Below are positions 23,154-33,077 of a stretch of 64,000 bases of DNA, piece by piece. The notes beneath the pieces were generated by a model that was not told where the DNA came from, made no database searches, and saw only the letters and a program-made list of their open reading frames with translations. A program made the position numbers and the translations under genes. Where the stretch lies: NCBI GenBank assembly GCA_963706955.1, contig CAVPOC010000005.1, positions 1-64,000 of the forward strand, in the 5' to 3' direction. The stretch is from an uncultured Verrucomicrobiae bacterium. Lineage in GTDB: Bacteria; Verrucomicrobiota; Verrucomicrobiia; Chthoniobacterales; Terrimicrobiaceae. Every line of letters begins with the position of its first letter. The stretch's first letter is position 1.

Positions 23154-24479
23154 TCATGGCTCGAGCGGCAGGACGATGCCGAAGGTCGTGCCGCGGTTCA
23201 CGGTGGTCTCGACTCGCAGGACGCCAGCGTGTTTCTCAACGATGCGCGCGGCAATCGAGAGGCCCAGACCGGTGCCACTCTGCTTTGTCGTGAAAAACGG
23301 ATCGAAGAGCCGCTTGCGCACTTCCGCTGACATTCCAGGACCGTTATCCTCAACTTCGATGATGACGATTTCGCGCATTCGGTCGACGAGCATCATTCGA
23401 CTCTGGATTGCTCGCAGCTTGATCGTTCCACCTGTGCCGAGCGCGTCCGCGGCGTTCTGCACGAGATTGATTAGGACTTGTTTGAGTTGCTCGGGGTCGC
23501 CGAGAATTTTTGTCTCGACGACATGCTCTACAGTAAGATCAATCGACGATTCGCGCAGCTGCGGTGCCATTAGCTGGCTCACCTCGTGCAGCAAGTCCGC
23601 CAGTGAAAGCGGCACGCGCTCTGGTTCGACGGGTCGCGCAAAACGCAGAAAGTCGCTCACGATCTTCTCCAATCTGTCAATCTCCCGGCCGATGAATTCG
23701 GCGTCAGCGCGCCCACGCGAGCCCGGGGCGAGTGCCTTCTGTTGGGTGAAAAGACGGGCCTTGATGGCGGTAAGCGGATTGCGGATTTCATGTGCGACGC
23801 CGGCGGCCAGCACGCCCAGCGCGGCGAGCTTTTCGTGTCGCTCGACCAATTGTTGGCTTTCGATTAGCTTGATCTGTAGGGGTCCGATCATCCTGTGGTA
23901 GACGACCGCTGCGGCCCAGACCACGAGCAAGACAAGCGCCAGCATCGCGGTAAAGGTGATCCCTTGAAGCAGCGAAAGCGATTGCTGGGTCGAAGCGACG
24001 AACCGTTCCACCGCGTCTTGGTGAGCCTCCGCGAGAGTCAGGCCGAGACCGACGAGCCGCTCTTCCGCGGCGTCCACTTTCAACTTGGGAGCTGGGCCGG
24101 CAGCGATCTCACGAGCGGCAGTAAGATAGCCGTCGTAAACTGTGCTGATTTCGGAAAGGATCGCCTTCTCTTCTGACGTGCGGAGTGCCGATTGCTGTTC
24201 CTTCAGCCAAGCGGCCAGTTGTCGGCTCTCGCCCTCAAAGCTACGCCAATCCAGCGGACGGCGACTCTCCTCATATTGCCGGAGATGTAATCCGAGGATA
24301 CGCAAACGTGCCTGCAGTTGATCGGCGATGCGAAAGCTTTGGAGCTGTGTGGTCGTCAAGGTGTGACGCAAGTCGCGGATCTCGCGCCAGCTAACGAATG
24401 CCGACCAGCCAATAAGCAGTGCCAGACAGGCGAGAACGGCAGCAAATAGGAGCAGCTGCCGCGCGACGGGGATTTTCAT
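23154..24479 (-). CDS. Sensor histidine kinase
   Basis: Two TM helices, AHEIRNPL H-box, NLVQNA, DNGPG, GTGLGL. Confidence 0.95.
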   Translation of the reverse strand: MKIPVARQLLLFAAVLACLALLIGWSAFVSWREIRDLRHTLTTTQLQSFRIADQLQARLRILGLHLRQYEESRRPLDWRSFEGESRQLAAWLKEQQSALRTSEEKAILSEISTVYDGYLTAAREIAAGPAPKLKVDAAEERLVGLGLTLAEAHQDAVERFVASTQQSLSLLQGITFTAMLALVLLVVWAAAVVYHRMIGPLQIKLIESQQLVERHEKLAALGVLAAGVAHEIRNPLTAIKARLFTQQKALAPGSRGRADAEFIGREIDRLEKIVSDFLRFARPVEPERVPLSLADLLHEVSQLMAPQLRESSIDLTVEHVVETKILGDPEQLKQVLINLVQNAADALGTGGTIKLRAIQSRMMLVDRMREIVIIEVEDNGPGMSAEVRKRLFDPFFTTKQSGTGLGLSIAARIVEKHAGVLRVETTVNRGTTFGIVLPLEP

Positions 24480-24731
24480 CGAATGCCCCGTGCCTTGTCC
24501 AACCGGCGGCGCCGGAGCGTTCTCTCAAGACCGAACCGGCACGCCGGTGTTTGCGCGGCGAAGTCGTTGGGAAGTTGGCTCAAGCGACAAGTGTCGGCCA
24601 GAATCCGTCTGGTGATTTCGACCGTGTGCAGGACCAAATGGAGAGCAGCGCCGATCTCAGTCGATACGATGCCTTGCACTACGTCAGGACCGCCGCCGCG
24701 GACCGGAATCTGTTGGGTGCTCATTCGACGG

Positions 24732-24770
24732 AAGAGAACCAGATTACCAGGACCGGCAACTTTGTTACCA
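24732..24770. promoter_or_regulatory. Putative enhancer (UAS) copy 1
   Basis: AAGAGAA-N5-TTACCAG-N4-GGCAAC-TTTG-TTACCA, also conserved at 25601-25640 at near-identical distance from a sigma-54 box. Confidence 0.55.
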
Positions 24771-24846
24771 TAGAGAAGCTGCCGACCAGGTTCGCCCCAT
24801 GCTGGAAGTTGTTCATTTTCAAGGTGCGACGCTCTACGGCCAAACC

Positions 24847-24862
24847 TGGCATAGCCATAGCT
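24847..24862 (+). promoter_or_regulatory. Sigma-54 -24/-12 promoter
   Basis: TGGCATAGCCATAGCT with exact GG-N10-GC spacing, upstream of RBS AGGAG and ATG 24913. Confidence 0.65.
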
Positions 24863-24912
24863 AAAGGAAAGCACCGCGCCCAGCAAGCGCGGGACTGAAA
24901 AGGAGAAGTACA

Positions 24913-25318
24913 ATGAAAAAATCAATTCTTATGCACACCTTTGTGGCCTTGGCAATTGTCGCGACGCTTCCGCTGGGCGCCACCGCAGCGACACCAAAAC
25001 AGACGAGCGCACCAAGCGCGATCGAGAAGGTCCACCCCTCCAGAAAACATTACTTCGCGCATAATTGGTTGGACAGTTGATGTGCGCTGAACTCCAAGGA
25101 TGGGCGGCCAGGCTTGTTGCCAACGACAAGGCGGCGGCGCTTCGTGCATCGAATGCGGACGACCGGCTGGTTCGCCGTGGAAAGTAGGATATCAATGCGG
25201 TGAGCCCCTCGGCGCCAAATCCTCTTGCATAAGCGCTGTCTCGCTATGGATGGCAGCCGCGCTGGCACCGCATGGGTATCGTTCATGCCATGCCGGTCAT
25301 GAGAATTGCTGCGTGTAA
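24913..25318 (+). pseudogene. Degraded paralog of the secreted protein at 25786
   Basis: MKKSILMHTFVALAIVATLPLGATAATPKQTSAPSAIEKV aligns with MKTSLLMKSVVALAIGAAIPIGAMAAPPVKTMTERGVIEKV; stop after 55 aa (25080); 3' extent uncertain. Confidence 0.55.
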
Positions 25319-25335
25319 CATTTGCGGGGGAAGGA

Positions 25336-25372
25336 TAGCACGCGGCGGCGCTTTCGCGCCGCCGCCGTGCTA
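25336..25372. repeat. GC-rich hairpin (terminator-like)
   Basis: TAGCACGCGGCGGCGC-TTTC-GCGCCGCCGCCGTGCTA, one bulge. Confidence 0.55.
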
Positions 25373-25600
25373 CCTACCCGACATTTCGGCCAGCGCCGAC
25401 AAACCGCAAGCGACAACCGGGGCGAAGTGACATCGGGTCCATTCGATCATCGGAAGGCCAAATCCCTTATCGATGATGCACGCAGTCTTATCGCGAGACG
25501 CAGAGTGGGTCGGCGTGAACTGACTGAATCTTGGTGATTCAACGCCGCCATCATGTCGCATCGAGGCTGATGAGTGCGCCGCGCGACAGGGGGACGGGAA

Positions 25601-25640
25601 AAGAGAAGCGTGTTACCAGCCATTGGCAAGCTAGTTACCA
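25601..25640. promoter_or_regulatory. Putative enhancer (UAS) copy 2
   Basis: AAGAGAA-N5-TTACCAG-N5-GGCAAG-CTAG-TTACCA, including the imperfect palindrome TGGCAA-N5-TTACCA. Confidence 0.55.
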
Positions 25641-25717
25641 CCGTCAACCGCTCGGTCAGACAGATTGGATGATGAAGATCGCTGATTTCCAACAACTTAA
25701 TCTCGCTCTCCAGACTT

Positions 25718-25733
25718 TGGCACGAGCGAAGCT
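25718..25733 (+). promoter_or_regulatory. Sigma-54 -24/-12 promoter
   Basis: TGGCACGAGCGAAGCT, GG-N10-GC; upstream of RBS AAGGA and ATG 25786. Confidence 0.7.
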
Positions 25734-25785
25734 AACGCATTGCCGATGCGGTGCCCAGTAAGCACAGCTGAGAAAGGACATACAT

Positions 25786-26151
25786 ATGAAAACATCACTA
25801 CTCATGAAAAGCGTCGTGGCGCTTGCCATCGGCGCGGCAATTCCCATCGGCGCCATGGCGGCTCCGCCAGTAAAGACGATGACCGAGCGCGGCGTCATCG
25901 AGAAGGTCAATGACGCGAAAAAGGAATTCGCCCTCAAGGGCGGAGCCCTGAAGCGTTCGGCGAACTTTGAATGGAACGAGTCCACGCGGTTTCTCGAAAA
26001 CGGAAAACCGGTTCCGGCATCCAATCTAAAGATGGGCGAGCGCGCGACAGTCAGCTACGCTAAGAATGGCAAGCAACTTGTCGCAACCAGCATCGCTATC
26101 TCGCCGAACGACAAAACTGCTCCCAAGTCTCGCAAGCCGGCGCATACTTGA
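25786..26151 (+). CDS. Small secreted OB-fold-like (DUF5666-type) protein
   Basis: Signal peptide; RGVIEKV...STRF..NGK.....LK.GERATVSY pattern. Confidence 0.7.
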   Translation: MKTSLLMKSVVALAIGAAIPIGAMAAPPVKTMTERGVIEKVNDAKKEFALKGGALKRSANFEWNESTRFLENGKPVPASNLKMGERATVSYAKNGKQLVATSIAISPNDKTAPKSRKPAHT

Positions 26152-26208
26152 TCGGCAGTAGATTGGCCCTGCGGGAGCGCCAGCTTCCGCAGGGACCAGT
26201 TTGCCACC

Positions 26209-26625
26209 ATGAAAAGACCTAGAGTCCTCCTCGTCGATGATGATCGGTCGGTGCTCGAAGCGCTCGGCGGCGTGATCGAAGCGGAAGGTTTCGAGGTGGT
26301 GCGCGCGGCAAACGGTCACGAGGCTCTACAAAAGTTTCGCCAAGAATCCATGGACATCGTGCTGCTCGATTTGAACATGCCTGTCAAAAGCGGGTGGGAT
26401 ACTTTCGAAGGGTTAACGACGGTCAATCCATTCCTTCCGATCGTAATCATCACAGCGCGAGCGGATGCCCATTCCGAAGCGGCCACCAGGGGCATCGCCG
26501 CTCTCATGCAGAAACCACTAGACATCCCGGCATTGCTGAAAAAGATGAGAGATTTGCTCGCTGAGGCAGCGGTTAAGCGCCTCCTGCGCGTCGTCGATGA
26601 AGGTAGGCAAACACGGCAGAGCTGA
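26209..26625 (+). CDS. Single-domain response regulator
   Basis: VLLVDDD, LLDLNMP, IIITA, KP. Confidence 0.9.
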   Translation: MKRPRVLLVDDDRSVLEALGGVIEAEGFEVVRAANGHEALQKFRQESMDIVLLDLNMPVKSGWDTFEGLTTVNPFLPIVIITARADAHSEAATRGIAALMQKPLDIPALLKKMRDLLAEAAVKRLLRVVDEGRQTRQS

Positions 26626-27341
26626 TGAACCAAGCGAATGGGATGGTCACAGGCACTCCACTGTTACGCTTTCTCTGGCGCATCGGGCACTTGGATTCTC
26701 ACGTCCGACAGATCATCGCTCTCATCGCTGCGACTATTGCGTTTGTCCTCTCCAGTCGACATGGGCATGCTCCCGTCAGCCACTTCATCGCAATTTGGGA
26801 CATTTACGCGATTATCCTCATTATGATGGCGTGGGTGACGATTTGGACCGCTGACCCTCGAACGATTCAACGGCAAGCCAGATTGCAGGATTCAAGCCGA
26901 ACGCTGATCTTCGTTTTCGTGATCGTCGCCGCATGCATGAGCTTGTTGGCGGTGATTCTGGTTATCCACGAGCACAGGGCGCTCCAAAATACTGGAGCGC
27001 TGCATTTGTTTATGGCCGCACTGGCGGTCCTCGAATCGTGGCTTCTGATCCACACGGTTTTTACACTGCGCTACGCCCACCTTTTCTACCGATCTAAGCA
27101 GGAAGTTGACGTAGATGGCTCTGGCGGTGGGCTGATCTTTCCCGGCAAAGGAAATCCGAATTACCGGGATTTCGCGTATTTCTCGTTCATCATCGGAATG
27201 ACTTGTCAAGTGTCCGATGTCAGCGTCGCCTCACATTCCATGCGGCTTTTGGCCTTAATCCATGGTCTTCTCTCTTTCGCCTTCAACACAGTGATCCTGG
27301 CGCTGAGCATCAACATCATTTCCGGCTTATTTGTAAACTGA
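26625..27341 (+). CDS. DUF1345 family membrane protein
   Basis: SWLLIHTVFTLRYAH, FPG...P.Y.DFAYFSF.IGMTCQVSD. Confidence 0.9.
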   Translation: MNQANGMVTGTPLLRFLWRIGHLDSHVRQIIALIAATIAFVLSSRHGHAPVSHFIAIWDIYAIILIMMAWVTIWTADPRTIQRQARLQDSSRTLIFVFVIVAACMSLLAVILVIHEHRALQNTGALHLFMAALAVLESWLLIHTVFTLRYAHLFYRSKQEVDVDGSGGGLIFPGKGNPNYRDFAYFSFIIGMTCQVSDVSVASHSMRLLALIHGLLSFAFNTVILALSINIISGLFVN

Positions 27342-27475
27342 AACGTAGACGACTCAGCCCGGCCGTTCCGCATTGTCGCGACGTGGTCTTCGACGAGGCC
27401 CCAGACGCTGCGGACTCAATGGCCGCATGATGGGGATTACTCGCCGTCTTGCTCGAAGCGTTCGAGCAGCCTTTT

Positions 27476-28657
27476 TTACCCGTGCACGTCGCTCTCCTCA
27501 TCAAAGAAGAGCGCGGTGGTCGCACTGTAGCTGTGAATATAATTGCGACCCCCGAGAGGGCCGATTTCTCCATTGCAAAAGAAACCGGCGCTCGCATGAG
27601 GTCCAAGGATCTCCTCTAGCAAGCGGGCATCATGATCTTTTCTGCCAAACAATCGAGATCCGCGTCCCGTGCACGCGAAGAGTAGCGAGGCAAGCGGTGG
27701 CTTGCCGGACTCAGCGGCCGCTGTCCGGAGCACCGCGCGCCACTCCGCATCCGCCGCGTTCTTATCGCGAAGTTGATATTGGAGTGTCTGCCCGACTCGC
27801 GGAAATCCGCCAATGGCCACCGCGCCGGAATTGGGATCAGCTCCGAGAATGTTCCGAATCAGGAAATCCCCTGGCTTAAATTCTTCGACATACTCGGTGC
27901 CGGCGAGTCCCGCGAAAAGGTTTCCTTTCGCTCCAGCTTTCTCACCTTCGGTAAGGCCTTCAAAAGCCGATTCAAGAGCCTCGTAGGCCGGACGAGCACC
28001 CAGCGAGTAAACAACGTTGCTCTCCGCACGGGTTACGGTCAGCGGTTCTCCAATCGGACGGCACCCCTGACTCACCACCGACATAACTCGCAATCCAGTC
28101 ACCGCTACCACGACCGCATCGGAAAATTTGCCGTTGTGGAATACGCCGACGCCCTCTCCTTCGCTCGAACCAGACGCCAATCCTCCAACGCAAGGGATGT
28201 CCGGCCAGGCAGAATTCCACTCCGCGAGCCATCGCTCCGTATCGAAATTAAAGGGATTGGTTAGAGCAATCCATGCGGACGGGTTCTTCGCCCGGCACAG
28301 CTTTCGCCAAGAGCCTGGATCGGTCGATTCTTCCAATTTCGCCTGATTGAATTCTGCAACCTCAAAGGTGTCCTCATCGCCGGCAAGGGCCAGCAAAGTA
28401 AAGCCTCCACCATCTTCGTTCTCCTCGCCGACGCTGATCAGTCCCGCGCCAGTCGCGCCGACCAACTCGATGACGTGTCCGTCCACCCGAACCATTTCCG
28501 CAAACTCTTCCAGGTACGGGGCGTAGTCGGGTGTGATGAAGGCAAATGCCAAAGCGGTCGGTCCGCCAGCCGACTCTCTAAGCTCAACCGCCGCCGCCGC
28601 GATCTCTTGCCGGGAATAGCTTCCCTTGCGCTGGACGGTGACGCACCTTCTCCTCAT
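27476..28657 (-). CDS. FIST signal transduction domain protein
   Basis: VGGLASG, VSQGCRPIG, LLFACTGRG..LF, GFFCNGEIGP. Confidence 0.9.
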   Translation of the reverse strand: MRRRCVTVQRKGSYSRQEIAAAAVELRESAGGPTALAFAFITPDYAPYLEEFAEMVRVDGHVIELVGATGAGLISVGEENEDGGGFTLLALAGDEDTFEVAEFNQAKLEESTDPGSWRKLCRAKNPSAWIALTNPFNFDTERWLAEWNSAWPDIPCVGGLASGSSEGEGVGVFHNGKFSDAVVVAVTGLRVMSVVSQGCRPIGEPLTVTRAESNVVYSLGARPAYEALESAFEGLTEGEKAGAKGNLFAGLAGTEYVEEFKPGDFLIRNILGADPNSGAVAIGGFPRVGQTLQYQLRDKNAADAEWRAVLRTAAAESGKPPLASLLFACTGRGSRLFGRKDHDARLLEEILGPHASAGFFCNGEIGPLGGRNYIHSYSATTALFFDEESDVHG

Positions 28658-28752
28658 ATCGTGATTCTCCCGCTAAGAGCGACAATGTCAATTGCGAGCC
28701 GGTAACAAGGCCTTCGAAAGTGGCAACATTACGGCGGCATCGATCTCACCAG

Positions 28753-28824
28753 TGGGCAGGGAGGGGATCGAACCCCCGACCAACAGTGTGTAAGACTGCC
28801 GCTCTACCGCTGAGCTACCTGCCC
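28753..28824 (-). tRNA. tRNA-Val (TAC)
   Basis: GGGCAGGTAGCTCAGCGGTAGAGC...CTTACAC...GGTTCGATCCCCTCCCTGCCCA cloverleaf; CCA not encoded. Confidence 0.95.
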
Positions 28825-28880
28825 GAGCCCTTGACAAATTACCCAGAGTTGGCCCGATTGCGAAAATTGGTTCGCCGCAC

Positions 28881-29627
28881 CTAGTGAGCCGATGACCAGA
28901 GGCCTTCGTAGCGCTCGGCCCGCCAGGCGTTCTCGTCTTCGATCTTGCGCAGGTCAATTCCTGCTGCTGTGCGGACGAAAAGGTAGCTCCCCTCGCCGCC
29001 TTGCAGTTGCTGCGGATCAATTGACGACGTATCGGTAAAAACAATCTTGTTTGCCTCGAGCCGATAACGCCCTCGAAATTGAGGCGCCGTGTAGTCGCCG
29101 CCAACATAGACGATATAATTGCCATCCGGGAGAATACGAAGTTCTATCGAACCCTCGCGTTTGAGGCCGCTTCGTCGCCAGGAGCCAACTATCGGCGACC
29201 AGTCGGAATACGCGATTCGAGAAATTCGCCAATAGCCATCTTCGACCTGCCAGTCGATGGTTACACGCTCCCTTAGATTGAAGCGACCCGGAGCGGTGGC
29301 CAAAGCATCGGTTCGCGTGGCTGCGCGCCGAGGCAGAGAATAGACCACTTCGATCCTCGTAAACACAAGTTGGTAGGGCTCGCCTTTCAGCACCTCGAGA
29401 TATTTTTCCACCCTCGCTCCGCGCGGAGTGATTGGTGACTGGATGGTGGCATTCTTGGTAAAGAACGAGCGCAAATCGTCAGTTGCGGAGCGATTGTGCA
29501 GTGACTGAAATTGCCTGAGCCGCTCATCGAACGGCACCCGATCACCCACAAATGGTTTTTCTCGATGGGCACAGCCACCGAGTAGCACACAGGCAAGCAA
29601 TGGAAACAGAGATCGCAGGGAAGTCAT
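28881..29627 (-). CDS. Hypothetical lipoprotein (NTF2-like N-domain possible)
   Basis: Lipobox LLGGC; W..EDG.WRI motif. Confidence 0.65.
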   Translation of the reverse strand: MTSLRSLFPLLACVLLGGCAHREKPFVGDRVPFDERLRQFQSLHNRSATDDLRSFFTKNATIQSPITPRGARVEKYLEVLKGEPYQLVFTRIEVVYSLPRRAATRTDALATAPGRFNLRERVTIDWQVEDGYWRISRIAYSDWSPIVGSWRRSGLKREGSIELRILPDGNYIVYVGGDYTAPQFRGRYRLEANKIVFTDTSSIDPQQLQGGEGSYLFVRTAAGIDLRKIEDENAWRAERYEGLWSSAH

Positions 29628-29664
29628 AGCCTTGGCTCGCAAGCGAGCTTTCGGAGGGCGAGGA

Positions 29665-29943
29665 TTACCGGGTTTGCTGCCGCACCACCGTCGGACGAAA
29701 CACCGGCGCTGCGGTAATCGGAGGTTGAATAAGGCTTTGCGCTATGTAATCGGGATTGATCGGCGCGATCAGGCTGTAGCCACCCTTGCCGTCAGGGAGC
29801 ATCGGCGTTCCCCATCGATTTCGACAGACGACCTCCTTCGCCGGAATTCGCTCTCCGCGAAGCGTATGATTATAGAGCTCTTGCGGTGGTTGCGTGATCG
29901 CGCCCAGCAAGGCGGCAGCAGCGGCAATCAGGAGGGGAAGCAT
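29665..29943 (-). CDS. Small hypothetical exported protein
   Basis: MLPLLIAAAAALLGA hydrophobic N-terminus, downstream of nusG. Confidence 0.45.
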   Translation of the reverse strand: MLPLLIAAAAALLGAITQPPQELYNHTLRGERIPAKEVVCRNRWGTPMLPDGKGGYSLIAPINPDYIAQSLIQPPITAAPVFRPTVVRQQTR

Positions 29944-30004
29944 GGCGGATTTAACCGCATTTCCCGTGGCTAAAGCAAGTCGAATCTCCGGGCTGGCGCC
30001 CGCG

Positions 30005-30568
30005 CTAAGCCCGTTCAACCTGCCAATATTCGAGGTCCACAGGGGTCTCGCGACCAAAGATCGTCACAGAGACACGCAGTTTTCCGCGCTCGGGATCGAT
30101 CTCTTCAACGACACCATTTTGGTTTTGGAACGGGCCGTCAGCGACTTTGACCTTGTCACCAACTTCGAAACTAATCTTCGGTTTGACTGAGTCTTCGCGC
30201 TCCCGCACCTGGGCCAGCAAACTCTCGACCTCCTTCTTCCGCATCGGAATCGGGCGGTCTTTGGTTCCGGCAAATCCGATGACTCCATCGGTATCCTTGA
30301 TAAAATACCACGTCTTCTCGACGAGTTGATTACTCTCATCAAGAAGGTTCATGTTCACAATCAAATAGCCGGGAAAGAACTTCCGGGTCGTCTCGGTCTT
30401 CTTGCCGCGCTTGATTTCCTGAACCCGCTCGGTGGGGATCAGGACCTCATAAACGTAGTCCGACATCTCCTCGAGCTTGATCCGCCGAAGCAGATTCTCC
30501 TGCACTTTCTGCTCCAAACCAGAAAGGACATGCACGACATACCATTGATCTCGCGGCGCTATTGCCAT
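30005..30568 (-). CDS. nusG: Transcription antitermination factor NusG
   Basis: WYVVHVLSG.E, FFPGY, KOW GPF, IFGRETPV. Confidence 0.97.
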   Translation of the reverse strand: MAIAPRDQWYVVHVLSGLEQKVQENLLRRIKLEEMSDYVYEVLIPTERVQEIKRGKKTETTRKFFPGYLIVNMNLLDESNQLVEKTWYFIKDTDGVIGFAGTKDRPIPMRKKEVESLLAQVREREDSVKPKISFEVGDKVKVADGPFQNQNGVVEEIDPERGKLRVSVTIFGRETPVDLEYWQVERA

Positions 30569-30571
30569 TGC

Positions 30572-30787
30572 TTAGGATTTTGTCAGGAAGCTGACGACAT
30601 TGATGAGGATGAAGTCAAAGAAAGCGATGTACCCGCCCAGAATCAGCATCGCAATCAGCACGACCATTGTCGAATCCATGAGTTCCTTATAACGCTTGAA
30701 CCCCTTCTCGTTTGGGTCCCAAGGCCACTGGGCCTTCCCCAGTTCGGTACGAACCTCCCCGATAAACTTCCGGACCTTTCCGATCAT
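30572..30787 (-). CDS. secE: Preprotein translocase SecE
   Basis: EVRTELGKAQWP plus a TM helix; lies between tRNA-Trp and nusG. Confidence 0.92.
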   Translation of the reverse strand: MIGKVRKFIGEVRTELGKAQWPWDPNEKGFKRYKELMDSTMVVLIAMLILGGYIAFFDFILINVVSFLTKS

Positions 30788-30809
30788 AGTCGTGCTTTGC
30801 TCACCAAAA

Positions 30810-30882
30810 CAGGACAGGAGGGACTCGAACCCCCAACCGGCGGTTTTGGAGACCGCTGCTCTACCAATTGAGCTACTGTCCT
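30810..30882 (-). tRNA. tRNA-Trp (CCA)
   Basis: AGGACAGTAGCTCAATTGGTAGAGC...CTCCAAA...GGTTCGAGTCC cloverleaf. Confidence 0.95.
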
Positions 30883-30901
30883 ATCGAAGGAGAGCACCAA
30901 T

Positions 30902-32086
30902 TTAGTCCAGAATATCAGCAACGCGGCCGGCCCCGACGGTGCGCCCGCCCTCGCGAATGGCAAAGCGAATCGTCTTCTCCATGGCGATGGGAGTGATCAG
31001 TTCAACTTCGATCGAGACATTGTCCCCAGGCATGACCATTTCAACTCCCTCGGGAAGCTTGATCGTTCCTGTGACATCGGTCGTCCGAAAATAGAACTGT
31101 GGCCGATAGTTCGAGAAAAATGGCGTGTGCCGACCACCCTCGTCCTTGCTCAATACATAGACCTCCGCCTTGAACTTCTTATGGGGTTTGATGGTCCCTG
31201 GCTTGGCAATCACCTGACCGCGCTCAATATCGTCTTTCTTGATGCCGCGAAGAAGCACGCCAACGTTGTCGCCCGCCTCGGCCGAATCCAGGAGTTTGCG
31301 GAACATCTCGATGTCGGTCACCGTCGTTTTGGCGGTGGGGCGGATGCCGACGATCTCAACTTCTTCCATCTTCTTAAGTACACCCCGCTCGACCCGACCG
31401 GTGGCCACCGTGCCGCGTCCTTCTATATTGAAGACATCCTCAATGGGCATCAGGAACGGCTGGTCCTTCGGTCGTTCCGGCGTCGGGATGTATTCGTCGA
31501 CCGCGGTCATAAGATCGAGAATCGCCTTTTCGTGGTCGGAGCTGCCCTCGAGCGCCTTCAGCGCGCTCCCCTTCACGATCGGAATGGCATCACCGGGGAA
31601 TTCATACTTGCTCAGCAGTTCGCGAACTTCCATCTCCACCAGATCAAGTAGATCCTTGTCGTCAACCATGTCCACTTTGTTCATGAAAACCACGATCGAC
31701 GGGACACCCACTTGCCGGGCCAGCAGGATATGCTCACGCGTTTGCGGCATCGGACCATCAGCTGAACTGACCACGAGAATCGCTCCGTCCATCTGCGCAG
31801 CGCCGGTAATCATGTTCTTGACGTAGTCGGCGTGACCCGGACAATCAACGTGCGCATAGTGGCGCTTGTCAGTCTCGTACTCGACGTGCGCCGTATTAAT
31901 CGTAATGCCGCGCTCTTTTTCCTCGGGGGCGGCGTCGATTTCGTCGTACTTTTTCGCCTGTGCCTTGCCAGACTTCGCCAGCACACTCGTAATCGCCGCC
32001 GTGAGCGTGGTCTTGCCATGATCAACATGGCCGATCGTGCCAATGTTGACGTGCGGTTTAGTTCTCTGAAACTGTTCTTTTGCCAT
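30902..32086 (-). CDS. tuf: Elongation factor Tu
   Basis: [27 protein letters not shown]...GGRTVGAG. Confidence 0.99.
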   Translation of the reverse strand: MAKEQFQRTKPHVNIGTIGHVDHGKTTLTAAITSVLAKSGKAQAKKYDEIDAAPEEKERGITINTAHVEYETDKRHYAHVDCPGHADYVKNMITGAAQMDGAILVVSSADGPMPQTREHILLARQVGVPSIVVFMNKVDMVDDKDLLDLVEMEVRELLSKYEFPGDAIPIVKGSALKALEGSSDHEKAILDLMTAVDEYIPTPERPKDQPFLMPIEDVFNIEGRGTVATGRVERGVLKKMEEVEIVGIRPTAKTTVTDIEMFRKLLDSAEAGDNVGVLLRGIKKDDIERGQVIAKPGTIKPHKKFKAEVYVLSKDEGGRHTPFFSNYRPQFYFRTTDVTGTIKLPEGVEMVMPGDNVSIEVELITPIAMEKTIRFAIREGGRTVGAGRVADILD

Positions 32087-32128
32087 CTTTAGAATTGCTT
32101 TGAATTTGATAGGCGCCTGCCCTGCTGC

Positions 32129-32204
<76 letters not shown>

Positions 32205-32400
32205 ATTGGCGGCCGAAGCCGAGTGAAAGAAACATGGCGCATATACGTTAACCCGCCTGTAAAAGGGTGTAAGACCCTACCCGTCTCACCGGTCGGCAGA
32301 AACGGTTAGAGTCTTTTCCCTATAATAGAAGGGCGGCCAAACCTAACAAAGCGCTTCTGGCTGTCAAAACCAAAAATGAACTTTGGCGGCAGGCGGTAGC

Positions 32401-32937
32401 CTAGGTGCGGCCCAGACCGGAGAGCCTGGATTGCACGAAGGCGCCGACAACGAAGAGCACGATCATGCTGATGAATCGCGCCGTAGGATCAAAGGGGAGC
32501 ACGTCGCTGACCATGCTGGCTCCAATCAAGGCCGAGAGAATGATCAAGGCCCAATCGAACACCGCGGAAACGAGGATTGCCGCCAGCACCGCACCGACAG
32601 CAAAGAAGACCCAGCCTACGGTCTCGGCGGTTATTCCCAGCACAACGGCTAGCCGCATAGCGAGCATTCCACCGGCGATCCCTCCGGCGAGCGCAACGGC
32701 GACGCGTTGCAAGACGATGGCGAGCACGGCCGCCAGCAGCCCGACGCCAATCGCGATGGTCAAGATCAAGATCTCGGATTGGCCGGTTACCAACTGTGCT
32801 CCGAAACGCATGCCTGCGAGGAAGCCGACGACACCAACGAAGAGCCAGAAGAGCTTTCTTCCCAACAGCACGAGCACGAGACCGACTAGAACTTGCGGAA
32901 CCGGACTTAGCTGGAGCTGTTCGAGATTCATCGACAT
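32401..32937 (-). CDS. DUF4203 family membrane protein
   Basis: LLGRKLFWLFVGVVGFLAG, ILSALIGA, multiple TM helices. Confidence 0.8.
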   Translation of the reverse strand: MSMNLEQLQLSPVPQVLVGLVLVLLGRKLFWLFVGVVGFLAGMRFGAQLVTGQSEILILTIAIGVGLLAAVLAIVLQRVAVALAGGIAGGMLAMRLAVVLGITAETVGWVFFAVGAVLAAILVSAVFDWALIILSALIGASMVSDVLPFDPTARFISMIVLFVVGAFVQSRLSGLGRT

Positions 32938-33077
32938 CAATCCGGAAAGGTCAGCATCGGCGGATTTGGCAGTTTTTGATAGGCAGTTTGCGGTGCTTCG
33001 TCCACAAAAGTCTTCTTCATTCCGGCTATCGGCTTTGCACTTGCTCGAGGTTGCCTTCTAGGCTAGCCCCTTGGCCC

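Noticed and set aside
24476..24925. 149-aa minus-strand ORF upstream of the histidine kinase
   Set aside because: No recognisable motifs, and it overlaps the enhancer and sigma-54 promoter; likely spurious.
21540..28824. Genomic island integrated at tRNA-Val
   Set aside because: No integrase and no convincing duplicate of the tRNA 3' end near 21.55-21.6 kb.
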